The notes beneath the pieces are model-generated. The model was given only the letters and a program-made list of their open reading frames with translations, did no database searches and was not told where the DNA came from. A program made the position numbers and the translations under genes. A stretch of 64,000 nucleotides of DNA, taken from an uncultured Candidatus Saccharibacteria bacterium (GTDB lineage: Bacteria > Patescibacteriota > Saccharimonadia > CAILAD01 > BJGX01). This document shows positions 9,677-19,621 of this stretch, in pieces (position 1 is the stretch's first letter; each line of letters begins with the position of its first letter). Location of the stretch: contig CAZKFZ010000001.1 of NCBI GenBank assembly GCA_964552475.1, forward strand, positions 128,621-192,620. Reading direction: 5' to 3'.

Positions 9677-10846
9677 ATGCCCGAACAAATTTTTTCTGTT
9701 AGTGAAGCTAACCAATTAATTAATCAAACTTTAGAATATGCTTATACTGTAATTATAATTGAAGGTGAAGTCGCAAATTATAAGATTAGCCAAAACAAGT
9801 GGGTTTTTTTTGATATAAAAGACAACCAAACAGTACTGAGTTGTTTTATGTCTATTTATCAACTTAACAATCCTCTGGAGGATGGTATGCTGATAAGAGT
9901 AAAATGTAGTCCCAAAATAACTAATTGGGGTAAATTCTCGCTTACAGTTCGATCTATCGAACTTGCCGGTGAAGGTAGTGTTAAGAAAGCTTTTGATATT
10001 CTACGAGCAAAGCTCGAAAAAGAGGGTATATTTGCTTCTGAACGCAAGCGACCACTGCCTGAATATCCCAAAAACGTTGCCCTTATAACCTCTAAACAAG
10101 CAGCTGCCTATAATGATTTTCTAAAAATCTTAAATGATCGTTGGTGTGGAGTTAATGTTAATCTTTTACAGGTACAAGTACAGGGCGATGCCGCACCCGA
10201 TCAAATTGTAAACGCAATTCAATATTTTAATAACAGCAATACAAAGTACGATGCACTAGTGATTATTAGAGGAGGTGGTAGCGCTGAGGATTTGCAAGCT
10301 TTCGCTACTGAATCTGTAACTAGAGCGGTGTATGGATCTAAGATACCAACGATAGTAGGTATTGGGCATGAGGATGATGTTAGTTTAGCTGAACTAGCTG
10401 CTGATGTTCGTGCTGCAACCCCTACAGATGCTGCTAGATTGTTGGTTTTAGATAAAAAAGAGATGATAGTTAAAGTGAGTTCAATAATTTCACAACAGCA
10501 TAGTGTTATATCGCAAAAAATCGATGCAACCACAAACAAGATCTTGGTTATGGAAAGATTGTTTTTAAATGTTCTAGCTAGCGCTAATACTTTAAATAAC
10601 GAGATAATGAATAGTATTACGGCCAGCATGATTAGGTTATATACCAGAGACATGGTAAGGCTCGAAAAGACTGTAGCTAGGCTCACGTCTTTAGATCCTC
10701 AATCGGTTTTGCGACGTGGCTACGCTGTTGTGATGTCAGAAGACGTAAGAATTAGAAGTTCTGCTCAACTAAGTGTGGGACAAAACATTATGATACAATT
10801 AGATAAAGGAAAGGTTGGTGCAGAGGTAAAACATCTTAAGCATTAA
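9677..10846 (+). CDS. xseA: Exodeoxyribonuclease VII large subunit
   Basis: N-terminal OB-fold region (FSVSEANQLINQTLE) and catalytic-domain motif IIRGGGSAEDL. The track ORF begins at TTG 9602 inside the upstream gene; ATG 9677 follows the upstream stop. Confidence 0.85.
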   Translation: MPEQIFSVSEANQLINQTLEYAYTVIIIEGEVANYKISQNKWVFFDIKDNQTVLSCFMSIYQLNNPLEDGMLIRVKCSPKITNWGKFSLTVRSIELAGEGSVKKAFDILRAKLEKEGIFASERKRPLPEYPKNVALITSKQAAAYNDFLKILNDRWCGVNVNLLQVQVQGDAAPDQIVNAIQYFNNSNTKYDALVIIRGGGSAEDLQAFATESVTRAVYGSKIPTIVGIGHEDDVSLAELAADVRAATPTDAARLLVLDKKEMIVKVSSIISQQHSVISQKIDATTNKILVMERLFLNVLASANTLNNEIMNSITASMIRLYTRDMVRLEKTVARLTSLDPQSVLRRGYAVVMSEDVRIRSSAQLSVGQNIMIQLDKGKVGAEVKHLKH

Positions 10847-10854
10847 AATTGGTC

Positions 10855-11073
10855 ATGAGTAAACCACAAAATAGAGATAAAAAAGAACATAATCTAAACT
10901 TCGCCGAGGCTATGGCCGAGCTAGAATCTATAACTGAGTACTTAGAAAGTGATGATGTAGAGATAGATAAGGCAATGGAAAAATTTAAGCGTGGTAGCGA
11001 GCTAGCTAAAGAGATAAAAAACTACCTAAAAGAAGCTGAAAATACCATATCTACAATAAAAGCCGATCTTTAA
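10855..11073 (+). CDS. xseB: Exodeoxyribonuclease VII small subunit
   Basis: FAEAMAELESITEYLESDDVEIDKAMEKFKRGSELAKE, the typical XseB helix pair; lies directly after xseA. Confidence 0.8.
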   Translation: MSKPQNRDKKEHNLNFAEAMAELESITEYLESDDVEIDKAMEKFKRGSELAKEIKNYLKEAENTISTIKADL

Positions 11074-11171
11074 ATAGCTTTCTTTTGGTTGTGTATTGAA
11101 TTATTTAGATATAGTTATAGACTTTTTATATAATATATGTTATTATCACTAAAAGCCTAAACGGAGAAAAA

Positions 11172-11555
11172 ATGATCCCCGAACATTTCACGGCTCTAGT
11201 TAAGCAACTAGCAAACTTAGTAAGCTTAGAGCAAGCCGAAATTTTAACAAAAAATATCTCTGAATGTCTAGAGCTTACTCTACCCACCGATAGTTCAAAG
11301 ATTCTATTCGGATATGCTCCGAGCTACCTAAGTGTACAAAAACGTCGATTCTATAATATTAGACGTGCACAACCAAATAGTTATAGACACACAATCTTAC
11401 TTCAAAGACTAATGACGCAGCAAGGTCTTACCGATAATACTGAGGCAGAGAATCGTATTGCTGCATACTTTAAAGCAATAAATATTGTAGTGGGTGATAA
11501 AAAATATCAAACCATATGCTCTATATTGCCATATGAATTAAAGCATCTTGCATAA
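11172..11555 (+). CDS. Hypothetical protein (127 aa)
   Basis: Clean ORF with GGAG-type ribosome-binding site (ACGGAGAAAAA-ATG); no recognisable motif. Confidence 0.4.
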   Translation: MIPEHFTALVKQLANLVSLEQAEILTKNISECLELTLPTDSSKILFGYAPSYLSVQKRRFYNIRRAQPNSYRHTILLQRLMTQQGLTDNTEAENRIAAYFKAINIVVGDKKYQTICSILPYELKHLA

Positions 11556-11578
11556 ATAAGCTTTATACTATTAATGTA

Positions 11579-12430
11579 ATGACAAAACTAAGCGTAGTAC
11601 GTGAAACCAGCTCAGATCAATATGAGAAGATTCTCTTTGAAAGACCAATTAGTGCTTTACAATCTCGTAAAATTGCAATACTCATCGGTGAGCACGCACA
11701 GATAAAGCACATTAATGACATTTATCAAATAATTGTTGCACTTAAGCATCAACCTATAATTATCGCTGAACGCACAGCATCAAACACACTTGTGCCTGTT
11801 GATACATACATGGAGAAGTCTAGGCTAAGATCAAATCCCCTCTATTCTAACGCCGACGAAATAGTATCTAATGTAAACAATTGTAGCTATGCTGTTGTTG
11901 GTATTGATTTTGAAATAAATTCATCTCTTCAATTATTTTTAGAAAAGCTAATAGCTTCTAGGCCAAGCCCAATACTTTTTAATGATGAATCAATGGTTAT
12001 GTCTAGGGTGTCACCAAATATTTTTAAACATCGAGTAGGTGATGCGTTTATATGCAGTATTAACAGCTTAAGTAAGTTTGCTAACAACTTAAAGGTATTA
12101 AATAAAGTGTCTGAAAGCGATGGTGTGCTACAAAAACTACAATTTATGAGCGAAGTATCGTCTTTAATAAATGCCAATATTGTAGTCTTAGGTGATAGGC
12201 AGATACTAGCAACTAGTTATAAACAAAGTAATCAAGGCTTTGTATCGAACTTCAATTTTGAAAAGAAAATAAATCTTAGTGGAGTGGTTACTGCTATACT
12301 TGTAAGTCTTTTAACAGATAGCTCAAGTACACAGGACGATTTTCTTATGAGGGTAGCAACTACCTGCTATCTGTTACGACAAGGTTTTAGAAGGAATGAT
12401 ATAATTGCAGCGCTAAAAAAAATAGCTTAG
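11579..12430 (+). CDS. Hypothetical protein (283 aa)
   Basis: Long ORF with balanced composition; no recognisable motif. Confidence 0.4.
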   Translation: MTKLSVVRETSSDQYEKILFERPISALQSRKIAILIGEHAQIKHINDIYQIIVALKHQPIIIAERTASNTLVPVDTYMEKSRLRSNPLYSNADEIVSNVNNCSYAVVGIDFEINSSLQLFLEKLIASRPSPILFNDESMVMSRVSPNIFKHRVGDAFICSINSLSKFANNLKVLNKVSESDGVLQKLQFMSEVSSLINANIVVLGDRQILATSYKQSNQGFVSNFNFEKKINLSGVVTAILVSLLTDSSSTQDDFLMRVATTCYLLRQGFRRNDIIAALKKIA

Positions 12431-12445
12431 TAACTTGTGTTTAGT

Positions 12446-12532
12446 TGGTGCCGCGAGAGAGACTCGAACTCTCATGAGGTTGCCCCCACGGGTTTTTGAG
12501 ACCCGCGTGTCTACCAGTTCCACCATCGCGGC
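12446..12532 (-). tRNA. tRNA-Leu (anticodon CAA), type II with long variable arm, CCA encoded
   Basis: Minus-strand sequence GCCGCGATGGTGGAACTGGTAGACACGCGGGTCTCAAAAACCCGTGGGGGCAACCTCATGAGAGTTCGAGTCTCTCTCGCGGCACCA. It has a 7-bp acceptor stem, anticodon stem CGGGT/ACCCG, loop CUCAAAA (U33, CAA, A37), a long extra arm and a GTTCGAGTC T-loop. Confidence 0.85.
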
Positions 12533-12599
12533 ATAGACAGAAAATGCAAATAGTTAGCTACTCCTGTATTATAATAAAGAAGCTATAAAATAACCACCT

Positions 12600-13802
12600 A
12601 TGAATTCACCAAAGCCAGATTCACAAGCCAAGGATAATACAAACTCAGCTTATTTAGGCCATTCTGATAATAATCAGATAGTAGATCCTAACAGTATTGC
12701 AAAATTTCATAATCCACACCACGGTAATACAGACCAGACACCAAACCCTCACCACCCCTCAACCCACCCTAATAATCCCAGTGCAAATAATAAGCCCATT
12801 AATCACGAAGGTCGCTTGGTTGCAGCTAAAGCTGCTAATATTCCTCGTAAGCCTGAGCAAAAAACTCATCATGCTATACACGGAATAGATCAATCAAGGC
12901 AGCATAGCGATAAAAAAGTTGATGCTCGCATTAAGCTAGTAAAAATGCGTAAACAGAGTCACTGGCATACCCTTAGATTTGCCATTATAAGTTTTATTGT
13001 GTTTTTGGTAATTTTTAATTTTCAGTTCATTTATGGCCAATTACAGTTCTATATCAATTCTCGTTCAACACAAAAAGTTGCCAATATTGACCCCATAAAA
13101 CCATCTTCATCGTCCAATCAAGCCGAAGCAGTAGCGGGACCAAACGAAATAATAATACCCAAAATAAATGTAAGAGCACCACTAGTTTTTATTGATACAA
13201 CCGAAGAAAAGGCTGTTTTATTGGCCCTTCAAGACGGGGTGGTGCACTACGCAGGTACAGCAAATCCAGGTGAAAATGGTAATTCGGTGTTTTTTGGACA
13301 TTCTAGTAACGATATTTGGGAGAAGGGTAATTATAAGTTTGTCTTTGCTCTACTTGAAAAATTGACTGTTGGCGATCAGTACGAGATACACTACCAATCT
13401 AAAAAATATATCTACACCGTAGAGGAAACAAAGGTAGTCATGCCCACCGATCTAACTGTATTAGATCAAACACCTACACCTTACTCTACACTTATTACCT
13501 GCACACCTCCAGGTACTAGCTGGAAAAGATTTATAGTTAAAGCCAAGCAAACCACACCTAGCTCGTCAGCCCAAATAGCAATCCCGCCAGCCACGAATAC
13601 GCCCCAAACAAAAGGTAGTGTTCTACCTAGCGCGCCTCCGTCTATCTTACAACAACTACAGACTGCAGTAGGTAATTTCTTTAGCAATTTACTTGGTAAT
13701 AATAACAACTCTTCACCAGGAACAAACGATCCCAATACTCCTAGCAATCATTTGCCAGAAGTGAGTCGTAAAAGCACCGAATCAATGCCAACTACTTTTT
13801 AG
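12600..13802 (+). CDS. Sortase-family transpeptidase with His/Pro/Asn-rich N-terminal region and Pro/Ser/Thr-rich C-terminal tail
   Basis: Catalytic motif TLITC followed by conserved Arg (WKRFIVKA), matching S. aureus SrtA TLITCDD...KRKIFVA. His motif in SVFFGHSSN. TM helix at ~aa 125-145. The N-terminal 120 aa are low-complexity (HNPHHGNTDQTPNPHHPSTHPNNP). Confidence 0.85.
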   Translation: MNSPKPDSQAKDNTNSAYLGHSDNNQIVDPNSIAKFHNPHHGNTDQTPNPHHPSTHPNNPSANNKPINHEGRLVAAKAANIPRKPEQKTHHAIHGIDQSRQHSDKKVDARIKLVKMRKQSHWHTLRFAIISFIVFLVIFNFQFIYGQLQFYINSRSTQKVANIDPIKPSSSSNQAEAVAGPNEIIIPKINVRAPLVFIDTTEEKAVLLALQDGVVHYAGTANPGENGNSVFFGHSSNDIWEKGNYKFVFALLEKLTVGDQYEIHYQSKKYIYTVEETKVVMPTDLTVLDQTPTPYSTLITCTPPGTSWKRFIVKAKQTTPSSSAQIAIPPATNTPQTKGSVLPSAPPSILQQLQTAVGNFFSNLLGNNNNSSPGTNDPNTPSNHLPEVSRKSTESMPTTF

Positions 13803-15183
13803 TAAGCCAAAGTCTAAAGATATTACCTGTAGTATTTAAGGGTACTACCGACTTGTTGTTTTGTTGCACACTAAAACCCTTAATGTCATTTATGGGTGTT
13901 AGGAGTTGATTATTTTGGCCATCAAAGTCGACAAATCTGAGTTGATTGTTTTGCAATAGAATTAAATGGTAGTCATCATACCATGACCAACCACTTAAAT
14001 TACCAAGGTTAATGCCAAAATTATAGTCTTGTGTAAATTCTAAATCTATAGTGTGCATTATCGAATCTTGACTAAACACCAAGAATCGACCATTGGGGCT
14101 ACTAATAGTATTCTTTACTCCAGCTCCTAATTCTCGAACACTACTCTGGCCATATGGGTCTTTTAGTAGCTGTAGACTGGTGGATGTATTGTGCAAAATA
14201 GATATGTAGTTGTTATATCTAGACCTAATAAGTTCAATCTGGTAGCCTGCTGGGTCTGGCGATAGATCTAAGATATCTCGTTTGTCGGCTCCAGAAAGGT
14301 CATAGCTAGTTAGTTTTTGAGTGTTGTCGCCCTCAACCAAGTTGTGTACAACAAGTAGATGATCTCTTGCAATACTCAAGCTGGTAATGTTATTTATTAA
14401 ATTTGCTGAAATACTATGTTCATCTAGGCGAATCTTTTTGAGTACACCCTGTTCTAACCAGAACAACTCGTTTGAGTCATTAATACTAAACCTTAAATCG
14501 TTAAAAATAAACCCATACTCTTGAGTTAAATTATCAACTTTTCCACTACTAGTTTGCACCACAATACTCTGAGTGGTCCCGTTTAACATAACTTGCTTGA
14601 ACAACATTCTGCTTCCATCTTGAGAGAGCTTTAGATCCTGGATACCTACAGCTTTGTTTAGAGGGTCTTCTGCGGGACTTGGTTCATATATTTTTTTAAC
14701 CTCTGAATTTTCTGAAATAGAATATATTACAGGTTGAGATGCTGCTATGGCAACTGTTTTTTGATGGTCGGCTGACTGAACTATACTACCAAATACTTGG
14801 GGTTGTTCAATTGATATTTGACTAAGGATTTCGGGGAGTAGAAATGCATAGTTGGCGAAGGTAACGGTGCCATCAGCTACCGTTTCGATAGCCTGCCACG
14901 GTCTATAATTATCTTTTCTTAGCTCAATATTAATTTTGCCAGATTGAGCATTAGTGTACCTATATGGTGTCTGTTTGTTCATATTCTTACCATTAATACT
15001 CACTTTTGCACCACCAGGTGTGGAATCAATTAATACCAAACCGCTAGAATGTATTTTTTTAGTATCAAGATCAAAAACATAGCCCTGACCGTAAGAGACC
15101 AGTACAAAAGTACCAACAACGATAAATATTATTGCAGCTATAGAAACAAACCATAGTCTTAAGGCAGGTGATATTTTAGGCAT
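13792..15183 (-). CDS. Membrane-anchored PEGA-domain / beta-propeller (TolB-like) protein
   Basis: TM anchor LWFVSIAAIIFIVVGTFVLV, a PEGA-like motif (GGAKVSINGKNM...NIELRKDNYRPW), then a long beta-rich repeat region. The track start at 15264 would sit 2 bp from the mreB start, so ATG 15183 (MPKISPALRLWFVS) is preferred. Confidence 0.5.
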   Translation of the reverse strand: MPKISPALRLWFVSIAAIIFIVVGTFVLVSYGQGYVFDLDTKKIHSSGLVLIDSTPGGAKVSINGKNMNKQTPYRYTNAQSGKINIELRKDNYRPWQAIETVADGTVTFANYAFLLPEILSQISIEQPQVFGSIVQSADHQKTVAIAASQPVIYSISENSEVKKIYEPSPAEDPLNKAVGIQDLKLSQDGSRMLFKQVMLNGTTQSIVVQTSSGKVDNLTQEYGFIFNDLRFSINDSNELFWLEQGVLKKIRLDEHSISANLINNITSLSIARDHLLVVHNLVEGDNTQKLTSYDLSGADKRDILDLSPDPAGYQIELIRSRYNNYISILHNTSTSLQLLKDPYGQSSVRELGAGVKNTISSPNGRFLVFSQDSIMHTIDLEFTQDYNFGINLGNLSGWSWYDDYHLILLQNNQLRFVDFDGQNNQLLTPINDIKGFSVQQNNKSVVPLNTTGNIFRLWLTKK

Positions 15184-15266
15184 GATATTAGCTTGTATTA
15201 TACAACTAATACGTGTAAAAGTTAAGGAACTTTGGAGTACTATAAAAGATTTGCTAAAATACATCT

Positions 15267-16274
15267 ATGCTTTCAAAAAGAATAGCCATAGATTTAGGAA
15301 CTGCCAATACTCGTGTTTATTTACCCAAGAAGGGTGTTGTCGCCAACGAACCATCAGTCGTTGCCGTAAGTATTGACGACAATCGTATTGTAGCAATAGG
15401 TAATGAAGCCAAGGAAATGCTTGGCAGAACTCCTGATATTATTACCGCATCACGTCCGTACAAAGACGGCGTTATTGCCGATTATCGCATTACTCAAGCC
15501 TTGTTAAAATATCTAATACAAAAAGTTACTGGCAAAATAAGACTTAGAAGGCCAGAGTTGATGATAAGCGTACCTACAGGAATTACTTCTACAGAAAGAA
15601 GGGCGGTGATTGACGCTGCGATGAGTGCCGGAGCTAAGAGGGTATATATAGTACGTGCACCCGTTGCTGCTGCAATTGGTGCTAATGTACCTATTGCCGC
15701 TCCAGCCGGTAATCTGGTAGTGGATATTGGTGAGGGTACTACCGAGGTAGCTATAATTAGCCTAGGTGGAATTGTTGCCCAACACAGCGTACGTATTGCT
15801 GGAGCAAAGATAGATACAGCAATATCTGAATTTATCCGCAAAAAATATGGTCTTGTAATTGGCTCAAGGACGGCTGAAGATATCAAGAAAGAAATTGGCT
15901 CTGCATTACCGCTAGACAAGCCTATGAAAATGCAAATTCGCGGACGAGACGTTGTTGCTGGGTTACCCAAAACAATTGAGCTCAACTCTACCGCTATTAC
16001 CGAAGCTATTAGTGAGCGTCTAGATGACATCATTCTTGCTGTAAAGGCTGTGCTAGAACAAACTCCGCCAGAACTATCAAGTGATATTATCGATAGAGGA
16101 ATGATTATGACAGGTGGCGGTAGTATGCTTCGCAATATAGATAAGCTTATGACCAAGGTTACAGGAGTGCCAAGTTACGTTGCCGAGGAGCCCCTTCTTT
16201 GCGTAATAAAAGGAACGGGTATTGCCTTAGAAAACCTCGACGATTATATGCGCTCAGTAATATCAAATCGTTAA
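15267..16274 (+). CDS. mreB: Rod shape-determining actin homologue MreB
   Basis: IAIDLGTANTRVY...NEPSVVAV...DIGEGTTEVAIISLGG, the classic MreB phosphate and adenosine motifs. Confidence 0.9.
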   Translation: MLSKRIAIDLGTANTRVYLPKKGVVANEPSVVAVSIDDNRIVAIGNEAKEMLGRTPDIITASRPYKDGVIADYRITQALLKYLIQKVTGKIRLRRPELMISVPTGITSTERRAVIDAAMSAGAKRVYIVRAPVAAAIGANVPIAAPAGNLVVDIGEGTTEVAIISLGGIVAQHSVRIAGAKIDTAISEFIRKKYGLVIGSRTAEDIKKEIGSALPLDKPMKMQIRGRDVVAGLPKTIELNSTAITEAISERLDDIILAVKAVLEQTPPELSSDIIDRGMIMTGGGSMLRNIDKLMTKVTGVPSYVAEEPLLCVIKGTGIALENLDDYMRSVISNR

Positions 16275-16283
16275 ATCTTAACA

Positions 16284-17573
16284 ATGAAGCATAAAAACAC
16301 ATCCCATAACATCTTGCTAGAGATATCAGCATTTGGTGTCTTGTTACTTCTAGTTGTGATGCCTTTCCATGCTGCCTTAGTCACAATTATTGGCAATTTT
16401 ATACCTTACAAATTAATTCTCCAAAGCTGGAAAGAGATTATAATTTTATCAATTGCAACTTTAACATTGTTAGTCTATCTCAAAGACCGATCGATTTTAA
16501 AACTTGATACTATAAACAAACTCGCCTTGATAACTATTTGTTTTAGTTTACTAATAACACTTTTAGTACATACAAATTTAGCCGGAACTTTGGCGGGTAT
16601 AAAAACTAACATTTCCATACTAGTACTGTTTTTGGCGGTTCAGACATTGTCCAGCTACATAGACAAACAAAGGCTTACACAGCTAGTACTATATCCAGCA
16701 TTCTTTGTGGCTGCGATAGCCATTGTTCAGCCTTGGCTATTTAGCCCGGGGTTACTAAGCAATATCGGCTATAATACAACGTCAATTTTGGGGGGGCAAT
16801 ACATAGAAGCCTCTAAGTCGGCTGTACGGGTATTTTCGACTCTTGGCGGACCCAATCAACTCGGCGCTTACTTAATTATTCCTTTTTCATTGTGTCTAGC
16901 ACTAGGTCTAAACAAAAAAACTCGTATTTGGCTCATTACTGCACTTGGCTTATGTATACCCGTATATATGACCTATTCAAGGAGTGCTTGGCTGGGCTTA
17001 ATTTTCGCATCAATACTCATTATTACTCTACGGCTTAAGAAAAATTTTCAAATTGTGATAGCAACAATTCTTGGTTTTGTAGTACTGTTAGGAGTTATTT
17101 TATTTTTCAACATAAATCCCTGTGGTCATTTCAAAACTATTCAAGCCCAGTTCCTGCACGGTAGTTGTATAGCGGGTTCTATAGAGGGTCCGGATGCAGA
17201 GCGAATTCAGGCTATACAGACTGGTCTTGCTACTATATCGACCAATCCACTAGGACATGGCTTGGGTTCTGCTGGTCCAGCTAGTTTCTATTCGAATTCA
17301 CCTAGGATAGTTGAGAATTGGTTTTTGCAGATAACTATTGAAATAGGGATCGTTGGCTTAGTGTTGTACATTTTAATGTTTACTTTACTGCTTAAGGAGT
17401 TGTATTTAGATTCGCAAAATAAAAATGGAGACCACACAATGTCATTAGCTTTGTTTGGTGCTTTAATGGGTATTTTGGTAACGGGAATGTTCTTACACAG
17501 TCTGGGCGATAGCACACTAGCAATAATATTATTCACATTGTTAGGCCTAAATAGGGGTTATATAAGATCATGA
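16284..17573 (+). CDS. Polytopic membrane protein, O-antigen ligase/polymerase (Wzy/WaaL)-like
   Basis: ~10 TM helices and a YSRSAWLGL segment typical of the O-antigen ligase domain. Assignment to Wzy/WaaL rather than SEDS is tentative. Confidence 0.45.
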   Translation: MKHKNTSHNILLEISAFGVLLLLVVMPFHAALVTIIGNFIPYKLILQSWKEIIILSIATLTLLVYLKDRSILKLDTINKLALITICFSLLITLLVHTNLAGTLAGIKTNISILVLFLAVQTLSSYIDKQRLTQLVLYPAFFVAAIAIVQPWLFSPGLLSNIGYNTTSILGGQYIEASKSAVRVFSTLGGPNQLGAYLIIPFSLCLALGLNKKTRIWLITALGLCIPVYMTYSRSAWLGLIFASILIITLRLKKNFQIVIATILGFVVLLGVILFFNINPCGHFKTIQAQFLHGSCIAGSIEGPDAERIQAIQTGLATISTNPLGHGLGSAGPASFYSNSPRIVENWFLQITIEIGIVGLVLYILMFTLLLKELYLDSQNKNGDHTMSLALFGALMGILVTGMFLHSLGDSTLAIILFTLLGLNRGYIRS

Positions 17574-18691
17574 GAGTAGCGATTACTTATGACTGGCTCA
17601 ACCAAAAAGTAGGTGGTGGTGAAGATACGTTGTTTAAAATTGCTACTCTTTACCCAGAGGCAGATATATTTTGCTTAGTATACAATCAAAAGAAGTTTTC
17701 GCGATACTTAAATGACCGAAGAATTTATACCTCAAATCTTCAGCAATACCCGAGTTTTATGAAAAAACGTCCAAGCCTACTGCTTCCCTTTATACCTCGA
17801 GCAGTTAAAAAGTTGAACTTTGATAATTATGATTTGGTAATATCCGTATCTAGTGCGTGGGTAAAAAATATAAATGTGCCCAAACATACCACTCACATTT
17901 GTTATTGTTTTAGTCCAGCCAGAATGTTGTGGGATAGTTGGCCGTCGTATTTAGACACGCAAAAGATTGGACCATTCAATTTGGGTCATGTTTCAAGGTA
18001 TATAGTAACTAGAATAGTATCAAAAATACGTTTATGGGACTTTTACTCTACTAAAAACGTCGATAGCTTTATCGCTATAAGCCAATATATCGCCAACAGA
18101 ATAACTAAATATTACAAAAGAGATAGCTATGTGGTGTATCCACCTGTTGATTTGAAAAAAAAATATAGTAAAAAAAGTAGTAAAAAATACTACTTAGTGC
18201 TTTCTGTTTTGAGTAGATATAAAAATATTGAATTAGTAATAAAAACATTTATAAAAAATGGTAAGGACTTAGTGGTAGCTGGTGATGGGCCAGACAAACA
18301 TCGACTACAAAATTTAGCCAAGGGTCATGCTAATATCAAATTCTTGGGTAGGGTAAGTGATGAAAAAAAACAGTCACTTTATGCTGGGGCTAAAGCTTTT
18401 ATTTTTCCTAGCATTGAAGACTTTGGTATTACTCCCGTTGAAGCGATGAACGAAGGTACGCCAGTAATTGCTCTAAATGGTGGTGGGCTCAAAGAAACCG
18501 TTATAAATGGTGTTACAGGAGTATTTTTTGATAAGCCTAGCGTGGACAGTCTAGACAAGGCTGTTACCGAGAGTGAATCAATAACTTTTGATAGTAGAAA
18601 AATTTACAACCAAGCTAAAAAGTTTGACAAAACAAACTTTGATAGTCAGTTTAGAAAAACAATCTCGGAAATTTTGAGGGCCAATAAATAA
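17570..18691 (+). CDS. Glycosyltransferase family 4 (GT-B, GT4)
   Basis: C-terminal GT4 signature: VAGDGPD...FLGRVSDEKKQSLYAGAKAFIFPSIEDFGITPVEAMNEGTPVIA. ATGA overlap with the upstream gene. Confidence 0.8.
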   Translation: MRVAITYDWLNQKVGGGEDTLFKIATLYPEADIFCLVYNQKKFSRYLNDRRIYTSNLQQYPSFMKKRPSLLLPFIPRAVKKLNFDNYDLVISVSSAWVKNINVPKHTTHICYCFSPARMLWDSWPSYLDTQKIGPFNLGHVSRYIVTRIVSKIRLWDFYSTKNVDSFIAISQYIANRITKYYKRDSYVVYPPVDLKKKYSKKSSKKYYLVLSVLSRYKNIELVIKTFIKNGKDLVVAGDGPDKHRLQNLAKGHANIKFLGRVSDEKKQSLYAGAKAFIFPSIEDFGITPVEAMNEGTPVIALNGGGLKETVINGVTGVFFDKPSVDSLDKAVTESESITFDSRKIYNQAKKFDKTNFDSQFRKTISEILRANK

Positions 18692-18693
18692 TC

Positions 18694-19527
18694 ATGAGTA
18701 TAAAACACACAAATAACAGGATAAAAATCCTTAATGTAGAGATAGATCCCCTTACAGCTGAAGATGCAAACAATAAGATATGCAATTTGGTTGATTTAAG
18801 TTCCCAAAAATCATCTTATGTAGTTAAGCCATACGTAGAGTTCATGGTTGCTGCACACAAAGACGAGGAAGTTGCCAACATATTAAACCGAGCCGACCTA
18901 GTTTTACCAGACGGCGTGTCTTTACAATGGGCGGCTAGCTATTTATATGGTAGGCCACAAAAAGCCTTTGCTAAGCTAATAAGAAGTGGGTTATTTTGGA
19001 TTCGCAAGCCTAACTGGATAAATCAAATTTTGCCTGCCAAGATGGCTGGTGTATCACAGGTATATCCACTGCTAAAGCTTTGTGAGAATAATAATTTTAG
19101 AATCGGGGTCATTGGTAGTCATTCGTCACCCGAAGATCTAAAGCGCAACTTGTCAAAGAGATTCCCAAAACTTAAGCATATCTATACCTGGAGTGGTTAT
19201 TTCGACCCCAATCAAGAGAAAGTCTTAGTAGAAGATATAAAGAATGTAAATTTAGACATTCTTTTTGTAGCAATGGGGTTCCCACGACAAGAAAAGTTTA
19301 TATACAGAAACATCAATAAAAAAATTGCTAAAGTCTTAATAGGTGAAGGTGGTACTTTTGATTATGATGTATTAGGAGGAGAAATAAAAAAAGCCCCAGA
19401 ATGGATTCAAAAAATTGGCCTAGAATGGTTCTGGAGACTTTTAAGGCAGCCTAAAAGATTGTTTCGTCAAATAGCGATACCGAAGTTTATTTTATTGATT
19501 TTAAATCAATCTAGAAAATCGAATTAA
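18694..19527 (+). CDS. WecB/TagA/CpsF family glycosyltransferase (GT26)
   Basis: LVLPDGVSLQWAA...ILFVAMGFPRQEKFI...EWFWRLLRQPKRLFRQ match the TagA/WecG N-acetylmannosaminyltransferase family. Confidence 0.75.
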   Translation: MSIKHTNNRIKILNVEIDPLTAEDANNKICNLVDLSSQKSSYVVKPYVEFMVAAHKDEEVANILNRADLVLPDGVSLQWAASYLYGRPQKAFAKLIRSGLFWIRKPNWINQILPAKMAGVSQVYPLLKLCENNNFRIGVIGSHSSPEDLKRNLSKRFPKLKHIYTWSGYFDPNQEKVLVEDIKNVNLDILFVAMGFPRQEKFIYRNINKKIAKVLIGEGGTFDYDVLGGEIKKAPEWIQKIGLEWFWRLLRQPKRLFRQIAIPKFILLILNQSRKSN

Positions 19528-19531
19528 AGTG

Positions 19532-19560
19532 TTTACGCTTGAAGTAATACATACTACAAT
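19532..19560 (+). promoter_or_regulatory. Candidate promoter (TTTACG-17 bp-TACAAT) for the zinc-ribbon membrane protein gene
   Basis: TTTACG at 19532-19537 and TACAAT at 19555-19560 with 17-bp spacing, ~60 nt upstream of ATG 19622. Confidence 0.4.
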
Positions 19561-19621
19561 ATAGCTATACCGATATCTTATTTAGATTTAATTATTATAG
19601 AGCTGAAGAAAAGAGCGATAA

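Noticed and set aside
15184-15264. Track start codon ATG 15264 for the PEGA/beta-propeller gene
   Set aside because: It would place its start 2 bp from the divergent mreB start, leaving no promoter space. The extra 27 codons are hydrophobic and AT-rich noise; ATG 15183 gives a normal basic-residue plus TM N-terminus.
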